NCBI GenBank assembly: GCA_963842845.1
Contig: CAWJHZ010000019.1
Coordinates: 64,995 to 128,994 of the forward strand
Direction: 5' to 3'
Origin: an uncultured Chloroflexia bacterium
Lineage (GTDB): Bacteria > Chloroflexota > Dehalococcoidia > DSTF01 > JALHUB01
Length of the DNA stretch: 64,000 nt
Part shown: positions 41,581 to 49,912 of the stretch, piece by piece
Layout of the letters: every line of letters starts with the position of its first letter
Numbering within the stretch: the stretch's first letter is position 1
Position numbers and translations under genes: made by a program
Notes under the pieces: model-generated
Seen by the model: only the letters and a program-made list of their open reading frames with translations
Told to the model about the DNA's origin: nothing
The model's database searches: none

Positions 41581-42306
41581 ATGGTCGCAGTCGGGCAGGA
41601 GAACAACCGGCCGTATCCACCCCCTTCAAACGTAGTGAGCGTGCTCCAGCGGCTGAGGTCGCGCAACTTACCCGAGCGCATAGACGCTGAGTATCTACGG
41701 GATGCCAGCATTCCTGAGGGTACGATTGGGCGTACGTTATTCGCCCTCCGCTTTCTCGGTATCATCTCAGAAGAGGGCGAACCGACTCAGGCTCTTCAAT
41801 CGATTCACACGAGCACCGACGAAGAGTATCGGGCAATCCTAGGTGGATTGGTGCGGGAGGCATACAAAGAAGTCTTCAACGTGCTCGACCCAGCGGAAGA
41901 CTCCCAGGATCGTATCATCAACGTTTTTCGGCGATACACACCCGCCTCTCAGCGCAACCGCATGGCCGTGTTCTTCTTGGGGATGTGTCGTGAAGCCGCC
42001 ATCGCGACCCTGGATGTGCCACGGCAGCGCGCGATGGTAGGCGGGAGACCGGGGACGCGACCGTCACCGGCTAGAGCAACTCGCGCACCGGTGGTCGCAC
42101 CGCCCAAGCCAAGGTACTCGTCTGACGTAGCGCCAGCGCTTGAGGGTCTGATCAAGAGTCTACCAATCCCTGGTACACCCCTGAGTCTGGAGCGCCGTCA
42201 GCAGTGGCTTAAGATGGCAGAGGCTACTCTGGCCTTCGTCTATCCAGACGAAACGGATGTGCCCTTATCAGCACCGGTGGACGAAGAAACGGAGGAGGTG
42301 GACTAG
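41581..42306 (+). CDS. DUF5343-like hypothetical protein
   Basis: 241-aa ORF. The N-terminal part (YPPPSNVVSVLQRLRSRNLPERIDAEYLRDASIPEGTIGRTLFALRFLGIISEEGEPT) resembles my recollection of the DUF5343 family. The C-terminal half is Pro/Ala-rich with an acidic tail. Confidence 0.45.
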   Translation: MVAVGQENNRPYPPPSNVVSVLQRLRSRNLPERIDAEYLRDASIPEGTIGRTLFALRFLGIISEEGEPTQALQSIHTSTDEEYRAILGGLVREAYKEVFNVLDPAEDSQDRIINVFRRYTPASQRNRMAVFFLGMCREAAIATLDVPRQRAMVGGRPGTRPSPARATRAPVVAPPKPRYSSDVAPALEGLIKSLPIPGTPLSLERRQQWLKMAEATLAFVYPDETDVPLSAPVDEETEEVD

Positions 42307-42366
42307 CAGACAAAGAACGGCGGAGCGTCCACGTGGTAAGTGTCCAACGCTCCGCCGTCGAGAGAT

Positions 42367-42445
42367 GCGCCGGTAGCTCAGTTTGGACCAGAGCAGGGGC
42401 CTGCTAAGCCCCAAGTCGGCGGTTCGAATCCGCCCCGGCGCACCA
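42367..42445 (+). tRNA. class-I tRNA with anticodon GCU (nominally Ser) but Arg-like architecture; CCA encoded
   Basis: Hand-folded cloverleaf. The acceptor stem GCGCCGG/CCGGCGC has 7 bp, the D stem GCUC/GAGC has 4 bp, and the D loop is AGUUUGGACCA. The anticodon stem GGGGC/GCCCC has 5 bp with loop CUGCUAA, and the variable loop is AAGUC (5 nt). The T stem GGCGG/CCGCC has 5 bp with loop UUCGAAU, the discriminator is A, and CCA follows. All stems are Watson-Crick. Confidence 0.88.
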
Positions 42446-42513
42446 ACCAGTTAGTGGCACTCAGAGCGCGGCAAACACCCTGAGCGCCGTGGCACACAGG
42501 AGGGCTAGCTCCT

Positions 42514-43692
42514 ATGCACGCATCCCATTATAACACGGGTCGGCAAGCCCGTGAACGGCGACCATTCGAGGACTTAGGAAGACTGTTTGACGCGCTGGAC
42601 GATGCGGCACTCCTTGAGCGTCTAGTAGAGACACGTTGGACAGGGCGACCGGGCTATCCCGTCAAGATAATGTGGCGAACCTTGATCGCATCCTTCGCGC
42701 TCGGGATTGTGCACGACACTGACCTAGTTCGAGCGCTGCACGCTAACTCACAGCTCGCAGCCATCTGTGGGATTAACCAGCGGCGGAGCATACCGAGCAA
42801 GTTCGCCTACTGTCGCTTCCGTCGCAAGCTTGTCGCCTTCAACGGGCTAGTGGCTGACGTGCTCGCTCGCTGTGTTGAGCGGCTGCGGGAGAACCTGCCG
42901 GAACTTGGCCAGACCCTCGCAGTCGATTCGACAGATATCAAAGCGTGGGCCAACTGCGGACACCATGATACCGATCCAGATGCTGGCACCGGCGCGAAGA
43001 AGAAGTCTGGCGGTACGCACTACTGGTACGGCTACAAGGTCCACACGGTTGTGGACGCGGACGCCGAGTTACCGGTGTGGTTCACGGTTACAGCAGCCAA
43101 CACTTACGATGGCTCGATGCTCCCGCCCGTATTAGAGGAGGCTCAGGCACAATACGGTTGGCTGAAGCCGAGGTATGTGACTGCGGACAAGGGCTACAAC
43201 GCTCGGGCTTGCTTTGACTTCGTGGGCGAGACAATGAAGGCAATCCCCGTGATTGACGTTCAAGCGCGTCAGGCTAAGAAAAGGGAAGGCCGACCATGCG
43301 AAGCGAAGCCGATAGTGACATCGACTGGCCTTCATTGGGAGTGCAATCGCCTTCCCTACGATCCGGTTTGCCCGCGCTTCGGCAAATGCCCACTCCTACC
43401 TATGTTCGCGGACGGGGAACTCAACAAGAGCATCGCTGGTCGCTACTTCGAACGGCACAGTCCCTTCCCTTACGGCTCGTGCCAGTGGAAGGCCATCTAC
43501 AATAAGCGAGTGTCAGTGGAAAGGGTGTTCAGTAGACTGAAAGGCTACCGGAAGTTGGATGCAATCAGGACGCGAGGCTTGCTCAAGGTGCGGCTACATG
43601 TTGCTCTCAGTATGTTGGCAATGGTTGGGCTAGCTCTCGCCAATATGACGGGAGGGTACGCAATGGGGAAGCAGTGTCTCGAAGTCGCATAA
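42514..43692 (+). mobile_element. DDE transposase gene of an IS5/IS1182-like insertion sequence (element ends not defined)
   Basis: 392-aa ORF with an InsH-type N-terminal domain (GRPGYPVKIMWRTLIASFALGI...CGI...FAYCRFRRKL). The DDE_Tnp_1-type catalytic region has LAVDSTDIKAW, YGYKVHTVVDADAELPV, YVTADKGYN and YNKRVSVERVFSRLKG. I could not find convincing terminal inverted repeats. Confidence 0.85.
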
Positions 43693-43870
43693 TCCTACGT
43701 TGGCCCCGTGGACTTTCGACTGGAAACGTAGTAGGATTCTAGGCGGAGAAAAGAATAGAAGCCGCTCTGGCAAGCGGCTCCTGTAGTTCCAAGGGTGTAG
43801 TCCTTTACTGGTTCCTCGCCGTAAGGATACGCCCTTGTTGGCGTTGTGTCAACAGGCGAGGAGGCAGAAT

Positions 43871-44599
43871 ATGGGGACGCTCTCTGACACACAGATACGC
43901 CGCTTAGTCAAATCGGGCGAGCTGGTCATCGAGCCATTTGACGATAGTTTGGTTCAGCCCGCAAGTTATGATCTCCGGCTTGGCGGGAAAATCCTTGCGA
44001 GCCCCCTTGGTGTGGACATTCTGGGAGCAACCATTGAATTGAATGAGAAGACGCCGAGCTATCGTGTGCAGCCTGGGCAAATGGTCGCAATCATCTCGGC
44101 AGAAGTGCTCGGACTTCCATTGGATGTATGCGGCAGATTCGGAATCCGATCAGAATTCGCACGTCGTGGGCTCGATCCTTTTGGCGGGCCGCAACTTGAT
44201 CCGGGATTCAGGGGCCGCCTCACCCTCTCTCTCGTTAATGTCGGACCGGAGCCCGTCACACTCACCCGAGGAATGCCAATGCTCAGCGTCGAGTTCAACA
44301 GGCTGGAAGAACCGGCGGAGAGGGGATATCAAGGCCAATACCAAGGGCAGGAGGATTTCCCGCCGGATCAATACGAGTTTATCCTCTCAGCGCACACGAC
44401 GAGTCTTGCCGAGATACCATCTCTGCGGCTAGAAGTAGCGCGATTGAGCATACTGGTGGAGGAATTGGACGAGAAGCTGCCCGACCCAGACGAGGGCTTA
44501 GAACTGAGGCCCGAAGCTGAGGATCGGCTCCGCCGTTCGCTACAGAAGCCTCGGGAGTCGTTCCTGTCAGCTGATATCATCCGTAAGAAGGTAGGTTGA
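43871..44599 (+). CDS. dCTP deaminase/dUTPase-fold (Dcd-like) protein with about 80-aa C-terminal extension; catalytic Glu apparently replaced by Ser
   Basis: ATG at 43871 behind GAGGAGG gives MGTLSDTQIRRLVKSGELVIEPF...ASYDLRLG...GRFGIRSEFARRGL...LDPGFRGRLTLSLVNVG. This aligns by eye with the E. coli Dcd motifs GRSSLARLG and IDPGWSGCIVLEFYN. The C-terminal part (LAEIPSLRLEVARLSILVEELDEKLPDPDEGLELRPEAEDRLRRSLQKPRESFLSADIIRKKVG) is not part of the Dcd fold. The stop overlaps the next gene start (TTGA). Confidence 0.75.
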   Translation: MGTLSDTQIRRLVKSGELVIEPFDDSLVQPASYDLRLGGKILASPLGVDILGATIELNEKTPSYRVQPGQMVAIISAEVLGLPLDVCGRFGIRSEFARRGLDPFGGPQLDPGFRGRLTLSLVNVGPEPVTLTRGMPMLSVEFNRLEEPAERGYQGQYQGQEDFPPDQYEFILSAHTTSLAEIPSLRLEVARLSILVEELDEKLPDPDEGLELRPEAEDRLRRSLQKPRESFLSADIIRKKVG

Positions 44600-44862
44600 C
44601 TGCGCCTCCCATGCCGCTCCTGTACGACGACGATGCACTCTCAGATGTTCCCGCACAAGACCTCCAGCGCATCGTCGAAAAGGCAGAGTGGCTCTGGGTA
44701 TATCGGCAAGCCGTGACTCATCACCCCTTGCGTCATAATCTTAGCGGTTTCTACAAACGTCGTGCAGGCAACTATCGGATCATTTATACCTATGACACAG
44801 AACTTGACGAACTGGTGATCCGCTTGGTCGGCACTCGTGACGATGTATACAAACCCCGCTGA
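44596..44862 (+). CDS. RelE/ParE-superfamily toxin-like protein
   Basis: 88-aa ORF. DDALSDVPAQDLQRIVEKAEWL...LRHNLSGFYKRRAGNYRIIYTYDTELDELVIRLVGTRDDVY follows the RelE/StbE pattern (L.G....R.R.G.YR.IY......-..V.....G.R..VY). TTG at 44596 overlaps the TGA of the upstream gene; ATG at 44611 is an alternative start. Confidence 0.75.
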   Translation: MTAPPMPLLYDDDALSDVPAQDLQRIVEKAEWLWVYRQAVTHHPLRHNLSGFYKRRAGNYRIIYTYDTELDELVIRLVGTRDDVYKPR

Positions 44863-44893
44863 TCCTTGGTCTTTCCATTGGCCGCTCCCCGTG

Positions 44894-44931
44894 AGTTTCG
44901 CAACAGGCTATCAATAGCTCGTTGCGAAACT
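44894..44931. repeat. 38-nt imperfect palindrome upstream of the RelA/SpoT-domain gene; one half is repeated at 41158-41182
   Basis: AGTTTCGCAAC-AG-GCTAT-CA-ATAGC-TC-GTTGCGAAACT has 11-bp outer arms and 5-bp inner arms and ends 5 nt before ATG 44936. TCAATAGCTCGTTGCGAAACTACGG (44911-44935) matches TCAATAGCCCGTTGCGAAACTCGGG (41158-41182) at 22 of 25 positions. Confidence 0.6.
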
Positions 44932-44935
44932 ACGG

Positions 44936-46054
44936 ATGTTGCAGATGGTACTTGAGCTAGAGAGAACGGGTGAGGTAGCCTATCAAACTGATATGGGGTG
45001 GACGAAACGTGCGTACAGCCGCGAGCAAGTGAACGCCGCCGGAGCCGCGCTTGTTCACTCTGCAACCACCGCAGATGAGATGGAACACGCGCTGCTTGTT
45101 ATCAACAATTGGCGTGCCTCTCACGCCTTCCCGCTGAACACTCTTCAAATGAACTTGAGAGGAAAAACCAAGCAAGTGGACAAACGCGGCTTGGTTGCCC
45201 AACGCATCAAAAGACTGCCCGCTATCCAACTCAAGCTCAGTCTCATGCCAGACTTGCGGCTGACCCAGATGCAGGACATCGGCGGGTGCCGAGCTGTGGT
45301 GGGCTCAATTTCTGCCGTCAATCGTCTTCGTCGCTTGTATGACCTGACTGAATTCAAACACGAACGCGCTCATTTTGATGACTACATCGGTACCCCCCGA
45401 GACTCGGGCTACAGGGGGATTCACTTCGTCTGGCGCTACTACAGTGACAAAAACGAATCCTACAATGACCTGAAGATAGAAATGCAGTTGCGCACGAGGC
45501 TTCAGCACGCTTGGGCTACAGCCGTGGAGACAGTCGGCACGTTCAAGCAGCAGTCATTGAAATCGGGATTAGGCGACGAACAATGGCTAAGGTTTTTTGC
45601 GCTGATGGGCAGCGCTATTGCTCGTCGAGAGAGAAGTCCTCTTGTGTCAGCTACCCCGACCGAGGAGGCTGAACTGATTCGCGAGTTGAAGTACTACGTC
45701 GAGGAACTTGACGTGATTGGCCACCTAACAGGATACCGGCTCGTACTGGACAACGTATTATTGGGCCGTTTCAAGGGCCTTCGCTACTTCTTGCTTGACT
45801 TGAAACCTCGCGAGGGCCGACTACTGGTAACGCCGTATCTGAAGAAGGAAGTTGAAGCCGCGTCGAACCAGTATTTAGATGTTGAGCGACAAGCGAGGCT
45901 GCCATTCGCCGAACAGCGTGACGCAGTGCTCGTTTCCGTCGATTCGCTAAGAGAGTTGCGCGCTGCTTACCCCAATTACTTTGCGGACACACAGCGATTC
46001 GTGGAGGAAGTGACGCGTGCTATCCAAGGTCCAACTACCGGAGCGAGGGCCTAG
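44936..46054 (+). CDS. RelA/SpoT-domain protein (small alarmone synthetase / toxSAS-like) with about 150-aa C-terminal domain
   Basis: 372-aa ORF with synthetase motifs RIKRLPAIQLKL, MQDIGGCRAVV, DYIGTPRDSGYRGIHFV and IEMQLRTRLQHAWATAVE. The C-terminal region has no motif I recognise. The start is uncertain (ATG at 44936, 44945 or 44993). Confidence 0.8.
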   Translation: MLQMVLELERTGEVAYQTDMGWTKRAYSREQVNAAGAALVHSATTADEMEHALLVINNWRASHAFPLNTLQMNLRGKTKQVDKRGLVAQRIKRLPAIQLKLSLMPDLRLTQMQDIGGCRAVVGSISAVNRLRRLYDLTEFKHERAHFDDYIGTPRDSGYRGIHFVWRYYSDKNESYNDLKIEMQLRTRLQHAWATAVETVGTFKQQSLKSGLGDEQWLRFFALMGSAIARRERSPLVSATPTEEAELIRELKYYVEELDVIGHLTGYRLVLDNVLLGRFKGLRYFLLDLKPREGRLLVTPYLKKEVEAASNQYLDVERQARLPFAEQRDAVLVSVDSLRELRAAYPNYFADTQRFVEEVTRAIQGPTTGARA

Positions 46055-46200
46055 GCAACACACCTCCGTAATTCTCCAGACAATTGCGGGTTCGCCAGCG
46101 CTGCTATATTCATCACTAGTAAGTTGAGCGCCACGTGCAGCCACACCTTGGCCAAGCCTCGCGTCCTGATTGCGTCCAGTTTCCGATAGCCTTTCAGTCT
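46051..46200 (-). pseudogene. 3-prime remnant of a second IS5/IS1182-like transposase gene (inverted relative to the intact copy)
   Basis: The minus-strand translation RLKGYRKLDAIRTRGLAKVWLHVALNLLVMNIAALANPQLSGELRRCVA* parallels the intact transposase C-terminus RLKGYRKLDAIRTRGLLKVRLHVALSMLAMVGLALAN. The first 75 nt or so are about 85% identical to 43534-43608 by hand alignment. Similarity stops abruptly upstream of 46200. Confidence 0.65.
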
Positions 46201-46271
46201 GCCTCTGCCAAAGAAGCATCGGGAGGGACCGCAGCTTATTGCATCGCATGGCGGTGTGAGCTAATATTGGG

Positions 46272-46298
46272 TTAGCACTCTCGTTTCGAGAGTGCTAA
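46272..46298. promoter_or_regulatory. CIRCE operator (HrcA binding site)
   Basis: TTAGCACTC-tcgtttcga-GAGTGCTAA is a perfect match to the CIRCE consensus with its 9-nt spacer, about 90 nt upstream of groES. Confidence 0.92.
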
Positions 46299-46385
46299 CC
46301 ACGAGAGCGGCCCGGTCCCAATGTTCCTTTGCCCGGCCTCTCGTGGCCCAGAACCCGGAAGCCTGTACAGAAGGAGGACCCTCGG

Positions 46386-46697
46386 TTGGCAACGAAACTC
46401 ATTCCCCTGGCAGATAGACTGGTGATTAAGGCCGTCGTGCAAGAAGAGGTGCTGGCAAGCGGCATCGTCATCCCCGACACGGCGAAGGAGAAGCCGCAGC
46501 AGGGCGAGGTCATCGCCGTCGGCCCCGGCCGCCTGGACGAAGACGGCAAGCGCATTCCGATGGACCTGAAGGTCGGCGACCGCGTCCTCTACGCCAAGTA
46601 CAGCGGCCAGGACATCAAGATCGACCTCGAGGAGTACATCGTCCTCTCCGAGAAGGACGTTCTCTGCAAAGTCGAGATAAAATCTCGCAAGAAGTAG
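46386..46697 (+). CDS. groES: co-chaperonin GroES
   Basis: TTG at 46386 behind AGGAGGA gives [17 protein letters not shown]...[23 protein letters not shown]... The track ORF start at 46329 adds a non-conserved extension. Confidence 0.93.
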   Translation: MATKLIPLADRLVIKAVVQEEVLASGIVIPDTAKEKPQQGEVIAVGPGRLDEDGKRIPMDLKVGDRVLYAKYSGQDIKIDLEEYIVLSEKDVLCKVEIKSRKK

Positions 46698-48377
<1,680 letters not shown>

Positions 48378-48499
48378 TAGACTAACGCTTGGAACTGTTA
48401 GGGCCGCTCGGCAACCCGAGCGGCCCCGCCTTGCGCGCAACATGTAGCTCCTGCCGGCGACGGTCTGGCACGTCGACCGCGACGTGCGGCGCCCCCTCG

Positions 48500-49798
48500 T
48501 CAGAGATCGAGCAGCGATAGAAAACGGCCGTCGCTGCGGAAGGGTCCGACGACCGCCAGGTTCAGCGCCTCCCGTCGCAGCGTCTGTTTCGCCACGCGCA
48601 GCAGGTCCGCCGTCGTTACCGCCATCACGCGCTCCAGCACGTCGTCCACCGTCAGTACTTTCCCTGTCAGCAACTCCTGCACGCCGGTCCAGCCGGAAAC
48701 GCTGCGCGTGTCCTCCATCCGCAGGAGAACCCGGCCGCGGGAAAGCTCCTTCGCCCTTGCCACTTCCTCGTCGTCGATGTCTTCGCGGATCCGCGCCAGC
48801 TCCCCCATGAGGGCGGTCAAGGCCTTGAAGGCGTTCTTCGGGTCGACAGCGGCGTAGACGGCCAGCGAGCCGGTATCCTGATAATGACTGGCGTAGCTGT
48901 GCACGTCGTAGCACAGGCCCAGCCGCTCGCGCAGCTCCAGGAAAAGGCGGCTGCTCATCCCTTCACCCAGGATCACGCTCAGAAGGTCCAGTGCCGGCCG
49001 GTCCGGATGCTCCATCGCCATCCCTTCGACGGCGAGCGAGATGTGCGCCTGCTCCGTCTTTTTATACTGCACCGCTAGCCGCGGCCCCTCCGGCGGGCTC
49101 CAGGCGGGGCGCCAGCCTCCCGGCAAACCGCGCTGCCAGTCGCCCATCTCCCGCTTGACCAGCGCCAGCGCCTCATCGTGGCTAACGTTGCCAGCGATGC
49201 CGACGACCGCATTCTCCGCCACGTACTGCCTGTCCATATAGGCAAGCACCATCTCGCGCGTCATCGTCGAGACCGTCTCGCGGCTGCCGCCAACGTCGCG
49301 TCCCAGCGGCTGGTCCGGCCACATCACCTGATCGATAAGCTGGTCGACGAGCTGCGGCGGCGAGTCGGCCACGGCGGCCAGCTCTTCCAGGATGACGCCG
49401 CGCTCTTTCTCCATCTCCTGCGCGGCGAGGAGCGGATGACGCAGCAAGTCGCTGAGGATGTCGCCGAGCATGTCGAAGTGGGGACGCGCCACCTTGCCGT
49501 AGTAGACGGTCAACTCGCGATCCGTAACCGCATTCATCACCCCGCCGACGCTGTCGACGATCTGGGAGATCTCGCGTGAGGTCGGATAGCGCTCCGTCCC
49601 CTTGAAGACGAGGTGCTCGGCCATGTGCGAGATGCCGGCCTGAGCTGGCTCCTCATAGCGGGAGCCGGCGCCGAGATAGATGCTGATACTTACCGAACGC
49701 GTGAAAGGCATCGGCGCGGTCACCACGCGCAATCCATTGCTGAGAGTCGTTCGCTGGTAAATCTCGTCGACCATCTGTTGGCCCTCTCCTGAAGCCAT
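48500..49798 (-). CDS. M16-family (pitrilysin/insulinase-like) zinc peptidase
   Basis: 432-aa ORF with the inverted zinc motif HxxEH (GISHMAEHLVFKGT) and the downstream Glu region (REL...VILEE). Confidence 0.88.
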   Translation of the reverse strand: MASGEGQQMVDEIYQRTTLSNGLRVVTAPMPFTRSVSISIYLGAGSRYEEPAQAGISHMAEHLVFKGTERYPTSREISQIVDSVGGVMNAVTDRELTVYYGKVARPHFDMLGDILSDLLRHPLLAAQEMEKERGVILEELAAVADSPPQLVDQLIDQVMWPDQPLGRDVGGSRETVSTMTREMVLAYMDRQYVAENAVVGIAGNVSHDEALALVKREMGDWQRGLPGGWRPAWSPPEGPRLAVQYKKTEQAHISLAVEGMAMEHPDRPALDLLSVILGEGMSSRLFLELRERLGLCYDVHSYASHYQDTGSLAVYAAVDPKNAFKALTALMGELARIREDIDDEEVARAKELSRGRVLLRMEDTRSVSGWTGVQELLTGKVLTVDDVLERVMAVTTADLLRVAKQTLRREALNLAVVGPFRSDGRFLSLLDL

Positions 49799-49912
49799 TC
49801 TAAGGGCGATTGAGCGTCTCTTTCAACGGGGGCCGGCGCATCTGCTGAACCAGCCTTCCCTTGCCGAACCTAATAGCAGAGGCACCGACAGACCGATACC
49901 TTTGGGATTTGC

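Noticed and set aside
42446-43834. Terminal inverted repeats or target-site duplication for the IS, and a direct repeat of the tRNA 3-prime end marking an integrase-type att site.
   Set aside because: Only a weak match was found (AACCAGT... at 42445-42460 versus the reverse complement near 43799-43815). There is a local hairpin AATCCTAC...GTAGGATT after the transposase stop. No copy of the tRNA 3-prime end was found elsewhere in the island, and no integrase gene is present.
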